The notes beneath the pieces are model-generated. The model saw nothing but the letters and a program-made list of their open reading frames with translations. It searched no databases and was not told the origin of the DNA. From Planctomycetota bacterium (GTDB lineage: Bacteria; Planctomycetota; PLA2; JAEUHO01), in contig CBDCWP010000013.1 in assembly GCA_965223505.1 (NCBI GenBank), forward strand, positions 160,001-224,000: DNA of 64,000 nt. Direction: 5' to 3'. The translations under genes and the position numbers were made by a program. Below, piece by piece: positions 19,786-29,248 of the stretch (positions are counted from its first letter, which is position 1; the number at the start of each line of letters is the position of its first letter).

Positions 19786-21414
19786 TCATGGGAGTAGGCG
19801 TAACCAGCGATATCCATACGCTTCCAGATTGATGGTATAGGCATTACTTTGAATTGGCAAGGCTTGACAGTCGCCAAACAAGTCGAGAATATGCTGATTG
19901 TTGTAGTCTCGAAGATCGAGTTTAATCTCACGAGACTTCGATGACAAATTGTGTACAGCAATGATGGTGCGATCTTGCCACTGGCAGCTATGGGCAAACA
20001 CCACCGGATCATCAGTGTCGAGGATGCGCCAGTCTCCCCTGCCAAACTCAGGATGCTCCTTGCGCAATCGAATGGCCCGCTCAATCCAGTTGAGAAGCGA
20101 ATTCGGGTCGCGGCGCTGAGCCGCCACGTTCACTTTTGGGTATTGAAACGGTCCCTTGTCAATGACAGGGCGAATTAAGTCTTCTGGAGAGGCGGTGGAA
20201 AAACCGCCGTTGCTCGCCTCCGACCATTGCATAGGCGTCCGAACGCTATCGCGCTCGTTAAGCGATAAATCCTCACCCATGCCAATTTCATCACCGCACC
20301 AGAGCACCGGCGTGCCGGGGAGGCTGAACAGCAAGCTATAAGCCTGTTCGAGGCGGCGCGGATCGCCTTTGAGCATGGGCGCCAGGCGTCGTCGGATGCC
20401 GCGGTCGTAGAGCTGCATCGTCTCCTTGGGCGCGAACGCCTGAAAGACGTGATCGCGCTGCGCCTCGCTCAACCCTCCGAGATTTAACTCGTCGTGATTG
20501 CGGAGGAAATTGGCCCATTGTCCAGCCTCGGGGATCGAAGGCAACTTATACAATCCTTCGATCAGCGGCAACGCCTGCTGGCGGGCGAGAGCTAGAATGA
20601 GGTGCTGATTGGCCATGAAGTTAAATAACATATGCAACTTGTTGCCATCGCCAAAATATTCGGGCACCTTCTCCATAGCGACATTGGCTTCAGCGAGTAA
20701 AATGGCGTTGCCTCGACGCCACGAGAGAAAATCGCGGAATTCTCGTAGATACTGATACGGATCCGTTACATCGGGGTTGTCAATGCCGCGCAGTTCGATG
20801 AGAAACGGAGCCGCATCAACTCGGAACCCCGAGACGCCCAGGGCAAGCCAGAACCCCATAATTTTACGTATCTCTTCGCGCACCGCCGGATTGGCGATAT
20901 TCAAATCTGGCTGATGTTTATAGAAGCGATGAAAATAATAGGCGCGCGCCTTACGATCGTATGACCACACCGCTTCTTGCACGCCTGGAAAGAGCACGCC
21001 CTCTTCCGCATCCGCAGGTTTGGTGTCGGACCACACGTAATAATCATGGTATGGCGACGAGGGGTCGGACCGCGCCGCTTGAAACCATGGATGGCGATCG
21101 GAAGTATGATTCACCACGAGATCGATGATGACCCTTATGCCGCGATCGTGCGCCTGCTGCATAAATTCGGTGAAATCGCCAAGCGTGCCGAGACGAGGGT
21201 CAACGCCGTAATAATCCATAATGTCATAGCCATTATCGCGGTCGGGCGTGGGGTAAAACGGCAACAGCCATAAGCAATTGACGCCTAACCCTTCAAGATA
21301 CGCCAGTCGCTCTGTCAGCCCCTGAAAATCGCCAATGCCGTCGCCATTCGCATCCTGAAAGCTATCCACATCGAGACAGTAAATAATGGCGTCTTTGTAC
21401 CAAAGATCGTGCAT
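19786..21414 (-). CDS. treS: GH13 trehalose synthase-like / alpha-glucosidase
   Basis: WYKDAIIY, DLVVNHTS, GFRVDA, LLAEAN, FLRNHDEL, GIRRRLAPML. Confidence 0.85.
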   Translation of the reverse strand: MHDLWYKDAIIYCLDVDSFQDANGDGIGDFQGLTERLAYLEGLGVNCLWLLPFYPTPDRDNGYDIMDYYGVDPRLGTLGDFTEFMQQAHDRGIRVIIDLVVNHTSDRHPWFQAARSDPSSPYHDYYVWSDTKPADAEEGVLFPGVQEAVWSYDRKARAYYFHRFYKHQPDLNIANPAVREEIRKIMGFWLALGVSGFRVDAAPFLIELRGIDNPDVTDPYQYLREFRDFLSWRRGNAILLAEANVAMEKVPEYFGDGNKLHMLFNFMANQHLILALARQQALPLIEGLYKLPSIPEAGQWANFLRNHDELNLGGLSEAQRDHVFQAFAPKETMQLYDRGIRRRLAPMLKGDPRRLEQAYSLLFSLPGTPVLWCGDEIGMGEDLSLNERDSVRTPMQWSEASNGGFSTASPEDLIRPVIDKGPFQYPKVNVAAQRRDPNSLLNWIERAIRLRKEHPEFGRGDWRILDTDDPVVFAHSCQWQDRTIIAVHNLSSKSREIKLDLRDYNNQHILDLFGDCQALPIQSNAYTINLEAYGYRWLRLLP

Positions 21415-21472
21415 GTGCTACCTCCTGAAATAATCGTGTCTAGATCTACACGCAGCCGGCGTATACAGGGTC

Positions 21473-22456
21473 TTAGTCGCGGCGTCTGCGTCTGAAGAGA
21501 AAAAGCGCAGCGCCGGCCAGAAATAACCAGTGGCGATTTTTGGTCACCCAGAGCTGCGCGCTCTGCGATTGCGAACGATGATCAAACATACCATGCGCGC
21601 CGTGGTCGCCTTGGACGGGCGCAAACAGATTATCCGCCCGGTTTGCGGGTAGATAGGCGGGTGTTTGTTGAGCGTCATAGCCGGTGCGGGCGAGGTATCG
21701 ATCCAGAAAGCCTGGGATAAATTTCTGTCCCCAAATCGCTTTGACCGTCGGCAAGCCCACGTGGACTTCTCGCCGTTTATGATAAGCGGCCCAGACAATG
21801 GCGTCTGCAGCGACTTCCGGTTGAAAGATAGGCGGCACGGGCTGGGGCTGACGCGGCATGCGGGTTTTGCTCCAGGAAAACTGAGGCGTATTGAGCGCCG
21901 GGAGTTGCACCATGGTCAGGTGGATATGACTGCCATCGTGCAAAAGCTCTGTGCGCAACGAGTCGGTGAAGCCTTTGAGCCCGTGTTTGGCGCCGCAATA
22001 AGCGGCCTGTAATGGAATCGATCGGTAGACCAGCGCCGAGCCCACCTGCACAATGCTGCCTGCATCACGCGGCAGCATACGCTTGAGCGCCGCCATGGTG
22101 CCGTAGACTGCGCCCAGATAGGTCACCTCCGTGGCCCGTTTGAATTCTTTCGGGGACGTCTCTTTTACGGGCGCAAAGACAGTGGCCATCGCATTGTTCA
22201 CCCAGACTCGAATGGGGCCGAGTTCTTGTTCGACCTGCGCCGCTGCTGTTTCAACTTGGTCGGCATCGGCGACATCCGTGGGGATGGCCAGCGCTGTTCC
22301 GCCTAGGGCGCGCACCTCCCGGCAGGTAGCGTCGAGCCCCTCCTGACCACGGGCCAGTAATCCAATGCGGGCGCCTTGTTTGGCGAACGCCCACGCCGTG
22401 GCGCGACCCACTCCGGCCGAGGCGCCTGTAATGACAACGACATCGGAAGTATGCAT
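21473..22456 (-). CDS. Short-chain dehydrogenase/reductase
   Basis: TGASAGVG, NNA, YCGAK. Confidence 0.9.
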   Translation of the reverse strand: MHTSDVVVITGASAGVGRATAWAFAKQGARIGLLARGQEGLDATCREVRALGGTALAIPTDVADADQVETAAAQVEQELGPIRVWVNNAMATVFAPVKETSPKEFKRATEVTYLGAVYGTMAALKRMLPRDAGSIVQVGSALVYRSIPLQAAYCGAKHGLKGFTDSLRTELLHDGSHIHLTMVQLPALNTPQFSWSKTRMPRQPQPVPPIFQPEVAADAIVWAAYHKRREVHVGLPTVKAIWGQKFIPGFLDRYLARTGYDAQQTPAYLPANRADNLFAPVQGDHGAHGMFDHRSQSQSAQLWVTKNRHWLFLAGAALFLFRRRRRD

Positions 22457-22499
22457 GAATTTTTTCCTTCTCCTGATGAGCATTTCGCTCTGAGATTTG

Positions 22500-22934
22500 T
22501 TAGTTGCCTTCCTGCCAAAAATCTTTCATAGCAGTATAGCCGAAAGAGGCTGACCAGGTAATCAGTAAAAATCCCGCCAGAGCCTCCAGTCCTGCAATGA
22601 TTTTCAAGGCGCCAGTTGGCTGAAAGCTACTTAGCCCTAAAGTACTATAGCTTACTATTGAAAAATAAAAATAATTTAACGGTGTTGGAGTGAATGTGTC
22701 AGTGAATCCGCCAAAGTGCAACAATTGATCAAAAATATAGTATGCGCACGCAAAGAGGCCGATTTCTACAACATGTCCGATGAAAACGAAAAATATTATT
22801 ACAGCAATCCATAAGCGATGGGGAATGGGCAAGAAAGGGAGATAGCGAGAGATTAATTGGAGCGTTTCAAAGTGTATTAAAATAACACAAAAGAGTAGAA
22901 ATATACTTGCGCCAAGTGAAGCGATGATTGTCAT
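22500..22934 (-). CDS. Small ion-channel (Ion_trans_2-like) membrane protein, AT-rich
   Basis: YFYFSIVSYSTLG pore helix, GLEALAGFLLITWSASF. Confidence 0.75.
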   Translation of the reverse strand: MTIIASLGASIFLLFCVILIHFETLQLISRYLPFLPIPHRLWIAVIIFFVFIGHVVEIGLFACAYYIFDQLLHFGGFTDTFTPTPLNYFYFSIVSYSTLGLSSFQPTGALKIIAGLEALAGFLLITWSASFGYTAMKDFWQEGN

Positions 22935-23179
22935 TCGAGACCTTCCTAAGTCACCAAGATATGACAAATTTACCATCAATACACATGAATGCCTCTCAAC
23001 TAATGAGATGGTAATTTGACATAGGACATGCTCTTGATAGTATGAAGGCATGTATTTGCTACAGCCGCCAAAACTAAGAAAGAGCATGTCCTGTGGGGTA
23101 TTCAATATCTTGAAATGTATGTCAGTCACACGCGTCACGACTATATTGGTAAGGTATGGCGCGTGTGATCGGGAGCGCG

Positions 23180-24259
23180 TTATGACCGAGGGGTCGGATG
23201 AGTCGATTCCGCTGGCTGCTCTGTCTGATTCGCCTCTTTCTTCGCCGCCTCGATGGAAGCGCTGGCGACCCGTTCAAGCTTCTCTGTCGTTTGACGCAAC
23301 GTCTGATCCGCGCGTTCTTGCGTCAAGCCTTCTCGATTAGCTTGCTCCATCGCGGCGCCGCTGGCGGCGCTGGCAACGTGTTTTGCTCTCTCAAGTTGCT
23401 CTTCGCCGAGTTCCTCAGCGCGGCGCACCAGTTGATCTCGGGTTTCACCCATCAGTTCATCTTCGCGCTCGGTCGGCGGCAAACCCGCGCCCAAAGCCGC
23501 GCCCAAAGCGAACCCTAAAGCGCCGAGCACCAACGGCTGCTCATCGCGTAAATAGTTAAATGTCTCTTTAGTTTTGCCCCCCTGCTGACGGGCTTGATAA
23601 CGGAGTCGGTCAGTAGTATGACCGGCATGCTCACGCGCGCTAGCGGCCATGCCGCTGACGCGTTCTCGGGCGCCGGCGGCGGCATGGCTCACGCCCTCTC
23701 GAGCGCTGGCGGCGGCATGGCTGACGCCCTCTCGAGCGCTAGCAGCGGCATGGCTCACGCCCTGGCCCGCTGCCCTAACGCGTTCTTGAACGCCGGAGGC
23801 CATCTGACCCGCACGCTCCCTGAGGCCATCCGAACGCTCCTGCGCCCCGCGCGCATCCGAAACCGGCGCATTATAGGCGTCATAAACCGTTACGTCACGA
23901 TCATCATGCGCACTGCCAATATAATAGGGATCATGGGCGCGCGTGCGCGGACTAGGACTTGACGTGCGACTCGAGCCCCCCAGCATCAGCCAAGCAAGCC
24001 CGGCGCCGATGAGCGCAACTGGAACCGGATTTTGCTTGATCGACTCGCCCACACTGCTCGCCCATTGGCTCGCCGTTTCCCCCATCCCTTGCTGGTTGTC
24101 ATTGCTGTTGCTTTTGAAATAATTCAAGGCTTGATCGAGAAGCTCGCCAGGCGAGAGCTTGTCGCGAATCGCATCCAACGTCTCACTCATTTCGGCGCGT
24201 GTTTGTTGAATGTCGCGTTGAATCTGTTCGGGACTTCTTGTATCTTGATGTTCACTCAT
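23180..24259 (-). CDS. DUF3618 domain protein (DUF883/ElaB-like C-terminus)
   Basis: SPEQIQRDIQQTRAEMSETLDAI, NPVPVALIGAG, QPLVLGALG. Confidence 0.85.
   Translation of the reverse strand: MSEHQDTRSPEQIQRDIQQTRAEMSETLDAIRDKLSPGELLDQALNYFKSNSNDNQQGMGETASQWASSVGESIKQNPVPVALIGAGLAWLMLGGSSRTSSPSPRTRAHDPYYIGSAHDDRDVTVYDAYNAPVSDARGAQERSDGLRERAGQMASGVQERVRAAGQGVSHAAASAREGVSHAAASAREGVSHAAAGARERVSGMAASAREHAGHTTDRLRYQARQQGGKTKETFNYLRDEQPLVLGALGFALGAALGAGLPPTEREDELMGETRDQLVRRAEELGEEQLERAKHVASAASGAAMEQANREGLTQERADQTLRQTTEKLERVASASIEAAKKEANQTEQPAESTHPTPRS
23664..23762 (-). repeat. Three imperfect 33-bp coding tandem repeats (GVSHAAASARE)
   Basis: The repeated unit is visible in both DNA and protein. Confidence 0.8.
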
Positions 24260-24684
24260 TATATATGCTCCTTTACCATCTCTTTGTCACGTTGCAGGGA
24301 GGTCGCAGTGCGTTCTGGCGTCAACGTGGTGGTTTTAATCTCATTGCGCCCATTTTGCAGCATGATGTAACCAATTACCGCCAGGACGACACCGACAATC
24401 AGCGCCCCCAACCAGGGGCTTAAAGTTGGGGGCAACAACTCCCCCAATCCATAGATGGCGAAATCGATCAGCGCTAAGAGACCGCCTAACAAGATGACTG
24501 CCCCAATAGCCAGGGTCGACGCGCCTCGACCAACTTGGGAAACCTTTTCTGACATTTCAGCTTTGGCTAACGCGACTTCCTGTTGCACCAATGTCGTGGT
24601 GTCTTGAGCCAGCTCTGAAATTAACACGCCGAGAGAACGATCGTCTTGCGGCGTGCGAGTATGCGAGTTTTGCGGTGACGCCAT
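24259..24684 (-). CDS. Phage holin family (DUF1469-like) membrane protein
   Basis: RSLGVLISEL...LVQQEVALAKAEM, two TM helices, PERT..SL; typical neighbour of DUF3618. Confidence 0.85.
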   Translation of the reverse strand: MASPQNSHTRTPQDDRSLGVLISELAQDTTTLVQQEVALAKAEMSEKVSQVGRGASTLAIGAVILLGGLLALIDFAIYGLGELLPPTLSPWLGALIVGVVLAVIGYIMLQNGRNEIKTTTLTPERTATSLQRDKEMVKEHI

Positions 24685-24685
24685 C

Positions 24686-25393
24686 TTAATGGTCTCCTCT
24701 GGGCGAAATAGACTCGGGGGTCACGACATCTGAACTCGTTGCGCCAGGGGCGCTTGCAGGGGGCGTCATGGGAGGCGTTGTCGTCTGCGGCGTTGGGACA
24801 TGATTGCCTCTGGGCGAAATGGGCCGAGGCGTCACGACATCCGCACTCGTTGCGCCAGGGGCGCTTCGAGGCGGTGTAGGCTGTCCGGGATGCGAGTATG
24901 ACGCCTGCGTATGCGCAGAGGGCGTGTCGTGACGCTCGGCTGAACTTTTGAGAAATCGAGCAGCCATAAACCCCAGTAAAGCAGCGCTGCCAATAAAGGC
25001 GCCGGGTTGGTTGCGGGCAAAGCTTTCAACCTGTCCCATCAGCGCGCCCATATCGCGATCTTTTAGGGTCTGCGAGAACCGCTCGATCCCCTCCGCTGCT
25101 TGCTGCGTGTACTGCGCCATGGCGCTTTGATTCTGCGTCTGGAGTTCATCGGCCGTGCGGTGTAAAGCCGTTGCTAAACCATTGACCTGTGCGGCCACGG
25201 CGTCTTTTTGATCCTGAAATAGCGCCTCGCCTTGGGCTTTGGCTTCTTGGGTCAGCCGTTGGGCCTCGTGTTGGATGCGGTCGCCAATTTCTTGCGCTTT
25301 CGCTGTCGTCTCTGGGGCCCTTTGTTCAGCGGTGTTAACCGCCGATGTTGTGGTTGACAACGTTGGGTTTTGATAGGGTTGATGTTCACTCAT
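24686..25393 (-). CDS. Stress-associated helical protein with a duplicated C-terminal motif
   Basis: VESFARNQPGAFIGSAALLGFMAARFLKSS; GAGGAG RBS before ATG 25393. Confidence 0.75.
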   Translation of the reverse strand: MSEHQPYQNPTLSTTTSAVNTAEQRAPETTAKAQEIGDRIQHEAQRLTQEAKAQGEALFQDQKDAVAAQVNGLATALHRTADELQTQNQSAMAQYTQQAAEGIERFSQTLKDRDMGALMGQVESFARNQPGAFIGSAALLGFMAARFLKSSAERHDTPSAHTQASYSHPGQPTPPRSAPGATSADVVTPRPISPRGNHVPTPQTTTPPMTPPASAPGATSSDVVTPESISPRGDH

Positions 25394-25488
25394 ACGTTTT
25401 TCTCCTCGCAAAAGTTTTTGTCCCCCTGACATCCATGCAGATTTCTAAAATATGACCATACAAGGATGAGGCGATTCTCTGCTCAATA

Positions 25489-25504
25489 AGCAAGTTCCAT
25501 GCCA
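25489..25504 (-). promoter_or_regulatory. sigma54 promoter of the DUF3618/holin unit
   Basis: TGGCATGGAACTTGCT on the minus strand. Confidence 0.85.
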
Positions 25505-25588
25505 GCATTTAAAATCGCGCATTATGGCCTTTATATTCATATAGTCATGTTGTTACGAGTAAAACACTATCCCACTGAAGCGTATTTT

Positions 25589-25622
25589 TTTTGTTTTGAG
25601 AATAAAATCGTTCAATTCGAGA
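25589..25622. promoter_or_regulatory. Putative tandem UAS shared by divergent sigma54 promoters
   Basis: TTTTGTTTTGAGA at 25589 and GTTCAATTCGAGA at 25610 (21-bp period). Confidence 0.55.
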
Positions 25623-25702
25623 GACTCCACCTCTGAGGATTTAATAGCCAACTATCGCCAGGATATTTCAATGATATTGTGAAACAATACGAGAGGGCAC
25701 AA

Positions 25703-25718
25703 TGGTATAAAACTTGCT
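25703..25718 (+). promoter_or_regulatory. sigma54 promoter of DUF533-yihY
   Basis: TGGTATAAAACTTGCT. Confidence 0.7.
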
Positions 25719-25906
25719 CGGTTTCAGTTTGAAATTTTATCCACTGCGTGAAGATGCTCTCGATATCTTCAACACCCAATCTGGAACCCTGGCGTTTGTC
25801 ATGGTAGTCGTCGGACGCCGAACGGTGATGGACATCAGGACATCACATGAGTGAATTCATAAACCGAGAACCACATGTCCTGACCATTAAAGAAGGGAAA
25901 AACCGC

Positions 25907-26491
25907 ATGTTTGATGCTAAACGGTTGCTATTTAGTCTCTTGCGCAGCAGCATGACCGGCTCGCGGTCCCACCGTGCTCGCCATGGATTTGGCCGATCGA
26001 GTATGGGTAGTATGGCCGGAGGGTTGCTCGGCAGCCTTGCGATGACCGCTGTGCAAAGCTATATGAACCGGCAGCAGTCGTCCTCGAGTCCTGCGCCGAC
26101 TGAACAACCCGTCGAATCTGCATCCACAGAGGAAAATGAGGCGGCGCAAGCCCTCGTGCAGGTGATGATCGCGGCGGCGAAAGCAGATGGCGAGGTCTCC
26201 TCTGAGGAACGGCGGCGCATTCTCGATGAAGTCGCGCAAGCTGGCGCTGATGAAGAAGAGCGCGCTTTTCTGCAACGCGAGTTAGACCAGCCAATCGAGC
26301 TTGACGCCGTGCTCAATCGCGTCCGCGACTTGAAGATAGAGGAAGAAGCTTACACGGCTTCATTGCTCGCCATTGAGGTCGACACCCCGGCAGAACAGCA
26401 ATACCTTGCCTACCTGGCGACGCGGCTCAACCTGCCTGCCGAGACGGTGGCGCAGCTTCACGAACGCTTTGACGCCCCACAGCCGCTTTAA
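25907..26491 (+). CDS. DUF533 (YebE/TerB-like) protein
   Basis: MIAAAKADG, YTASLLAIEVDTPAEQQYL; alternative start 25847. Confidence 0.85.
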   Translation: MFDAKRLLFSLLRSSMTGSRSHRARHGFGRSSMGSMAGGLLGSLAMTAVQSYMNRQQSSSSPAPTEQPVESASTEENEAAQALVQVMIAAAKADGEVSSEERRRILDEVAQAGADEEERAFLQRELDQPIELDAVLNRVRDLKIEEEAYTASLLAIEVDTPAEQQYLAYLATRLNLPAETVAQLHERFDAPQPL

Positions 26492-26570
26492 TCGCGTCTG
26501 GCAAGCAATCCATAAAAAAGTGACACCAACCGGTTGCGCGTATCCGACGCGCAGCCTCACAAGGAGGAAT

Positions 26571-27551
26571 ATGATGGCGGACGCAGCTCACCAGGTAGAA
26601 AACCGAGAGAACGGGCGTGGCCGCGGCGCGGTCGCACCAAGCGAGATTCCACGTTCAGGGTGGCGTGATATCGCCCTGCGAGTCAAAAATGAAATCAGTA
26701 AAGACAACATTGATATGGTCGCGGCCGGGGTGGCGTTGTATGCCCTGATGGCTATTTTCCCAGCCCTCATCGCGCTAATTTCTCTATATGGTTGGTTCGC
26801 GGATCCGATGCAGGTGGAGCAACATCTATCCACATTCACAAGCGTCATGCCGCAAAACGTGCAATCTCTGTTGGCGACGCAAATGGAAAACATCGCCAGC
26901 GGCGCAGAGAGTTCACTGGGGATTGGGGCGATTGCGGGATTTCTGTTCACCCTTTGGAGCGCCTCCAAAGGGATGAAAGCGCTATTTGCGGCCATGAATA
27001 TCGCCTATGATGAGAGAGAAAAGCGCGGTTTTATTACCCTCAATGCGCTCGCGCTTCTTTTCACCCTGGGAGCGCTCATCTTCGGCATCGTCGCCCTGTT
27101 GCTCATCGCGATTCTCCCGGCCTTGCTGGGTCATTTAGGACTTGAGTCGATTGCGCGCGTGGCCGTTTCATTACTGCGCTGGCCGCTGCTAGCCGTCGCT
27201 GTCATAGTGGCCCTGGGCGTGTTGTATCGCTATGGCCCCAGCCGCAGCAACCCACAATGGACCTGGGTGAGTTGGGGCGCGGTCATCGCCACCGTTTTGT
27301 GGCTCATGACGTCGATTCTGTTTTCCGTCTATGTGGCTAACTTCGGCAGCTATAATGAAACCTATGGCTCGCTCGGCGCGGTGGTGGTGTTCCTCATGTG
27401 GCTCTATCTCTCGGCCTATATCGTTTTGATAGGCGCCGAATTCAATTCGGAGATGGAGCATCAGACCCTACAGGATACGACGAGCGGCGAAGAACAGCCG
27501 ATGGGACAACGCGGCGCCCAAAAAGCGGATACGATCGGAGAAATTCCTTAA
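26571..27551 (+). CDS. YihY/virulence factor BrkB family membrane protein (second copy)
   Basis: AAGVALYALMAIFP, YNETYGSLG, GAEFNSE; AAGGAGG RBS. Confidence 0.9.
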   Translation: MMADAAHQVENRENGRGRGAVAPSEIPRSGWRDIALRVKNEISKDNIDMVAAGVALYALMAIFPALIALISLYGWFADPMQVEQHLSTFTSVMPQNVQSLLATQMENIASGAESSLGIGAIAGFLFTLWSASKGMKALFAAMNIAYDEREKRGFITLNALALLFTLGALIFGIVALLLIAILPALLGHLGLESIARVAVSLLRWPLLAVAVIVALGVLYRYGPSRSNPQWTWVSWGAVIATVLWLMTSILFSVYVANFGSYNETYGSLGAVVVFLMWLYLSAYIVLIGAEFNSEMEHQTLQDTTSGEEQPMGQRGAQKADTIGEIP

Positions 27552-27560
27552 GGAAACAGT

Positions 27561-27576
27561 TGGCACGCTTTTTGCT
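27561..27576 (+). promoter_or_regulatory. sigma54 promoter of the sigma70-family gene
   Basis: TGGCACGCTTTTTGCT, essentially consensus. Confidence 0.85.
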
Positions 27577-27618
27577 TATTATGCCAAGAAGCGAGTTAGC
27601 TCGCATGAAAAGGGCCTT

Positions 27619-29157
27619 ATGCGTCGGCGCTTCTATTGCAAAAGGAAACACCGCGTATCAGTTTGTTCCACATGGAGGTTGGAGGCGCTCGTGTTGTCTT
27701 TATCTCATCGCATCGTTGAAGATGAACCATTCCTCGGGTCTTGGCGAACAGCTCCCCCCGCTGTCGCTCAGGCAGATCATTCTCAGTGGACAGCCGCTCA
27801 CGCCGGTGTTGGAGCCGAGGCGCATCGTCCCTCAGGGTCGGCGGGGTTCGAGGCGAAGGATCACCGCACGAACGAAATGCTTGCCCGCTATCTGGAAGAC
27901 GTTAGCCAATACCCTCTGCTAAGCTCGGCGGAGGAACAAGCTGTATGGCGGCGGGTGACGCACTGGCAAGAGCGTTGGCGACGCGCCATCTTCCTTTCGC
28001 CGGTTGCGTTGCCAACGCTAATCACGCTGTGGCGTCAGGCGCAACGCGGCGACATACCACTCGAACGTCTTCTTCAATTGTCCCCATCCGCCTCGTCTCA
28101 ACCAGATGGGGACATCAATCAGCTCGACGCGTGCGTGTCGCATTTGCGCGCCCTCTCGACCCGTCTGCAGGGCCTGACCCGCCAGGGTCAGACAGGCATC
28201 GGTTCGCCTTGCGAGCAACATGAGAGCCGGAGACGCCGTCGACAACTCTGGCGCGAATGGCTGGCGTTCTGGAATGACATGCCACTTGCCTCTGAGGCGC
28301 TCGACACGATGGCCCAAGCCCTCCAGAACGCCGTGCGCAGACAGTCTGAATGCCCGGCTCTACGCGCAGCTCACTGCGCGTTGGTACGCGCCGACCGGGA
28401 AACCGAGCAAGCCAAAACGCAAATGCTTTTGTCCAACCTGCGTTTGGTCGTCTATATGGCTAAGCGGCGCCGCAGTTCCCATCTCGCCTTGCTTGACCTG
28501 ATCCAAGAGGGCAACGCTGGGCTCATGCGGGCGCTAAAGCGTTTTGATCCTCATCGCGGCGCGAAGTTTTCGACCTATGCGTGTTGGTGGATTCGCCAAG
28601 CGATCGACCGAGCCTTGGTGAACCAAGATGAGACGATCCGCGTGCCTAATCATGTGATCGAACGCAAAAAAAAGTTGCAGGCCGCGGTCGCCGCATTTCG
28701 CCAGCGGCATCGGCGTGCGCCCACCGATCAGGAATTGAGCGCGGCGCTCGCCTGGCCGCTGCATGTGGTCGAACGAACCCACCAGACGCAGCATCCTGTC
28801 CGCTGGTTACACGAAGGTAATGACGATGGCGATCTCAGGTTCGACGATATCGCGCCAGATGCCCAACGTTTACCGCCCGACGAAGAAATCGCTCGTCTCC
28901 AGTTGCAACAATGCCTTGAGACCTCCCTTGACGCCTTGCCGAAGCGCGATGCGCAAGTCCTGCGGTTGCGCTTTGGGTTAGAGACCGACTGCGCGTACAC
29001 TTTAAAAGAGATCGGTGAGCAAATGGGGCTCAGTCGTGAGCGCATCCGCCAAATTGAAAAAGGCGCTCTCCAGAAGTTGCGGCGTTCGGCAGTAGGCGCC
29101 TCACTCGCTGAGGCGGCGGGTCTTGCTAAGACATATGGATCGATGTCCGAAACCTAG
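27619..29157 (+). CDS. Group 2 (RpoS/RpoD-like) sigma70 factor with a non-conserved region; start uncertain
   Basis: Region 1.2 YLEDVSQYPLLS, region 2 NLRLVV...DLIQEGN...KFSTYACWWIRQAI, region 4 TLKEIG..GLSRERIRQIE; no acidic region 1.1. Confidence 0.9.
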   Translation: MRRRFYCKRKHRVSVCSTWRLEALVLSLSHRIVEDEPFLGSWRTAPPAVAQADHSQWTAAHAGVGAEAHRPSGSAGFEAKDHRTNEMLARYLEDVSQYPLLSSAEEQAVWRRVTHWQERWRRAIFLSPVALPTLITLWRQAQRGDIPLERLLQLSPSASSQPDGDINQLDACVSHLRALSTRLQGLTRQGQTGIGSPCEQHESRRRRRQLWREWLAFWNDMPLASEALDTMAQALQNAVRRQSECPALRAAHCALVRADRETEQAKTQMLLSNLRLVVYMAKRRRSSHLALLDLIQEGNAGLMRALKRFDPHRGAKFSTYACWWIRQAIDRALVNQDETIRVPNHVIERKKKLQAAVAAFRQRHRRAPTDQELSAALAWPLHVVERTHQTQHPVRWLHEGNDDGDLRFDDIAPDAQRLPPDEEIARLQLQQCLETSLDALPKRDAQVLRLRFGLETDCAYTLKEIGEQMGLSRERIRQIEKGALQKLRRSAVGASLAEAAGLAKTYGSMSET

Positions 29158-29248
29158 CGTGAGATACTGTCAACATTTCCCAAAAGCCTCAGACTATTGT
29201 CGAGGCGATTAAACGCGAAACCCCTGGCTTAGAATTAGCATTTGCTTC

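Noticed and set aside
24259..24684. Prophage suggested by the 'phage holin' family label
   Set aside because: No phage genes nearby; this family commonly sits beside DUF3618 in stress operons
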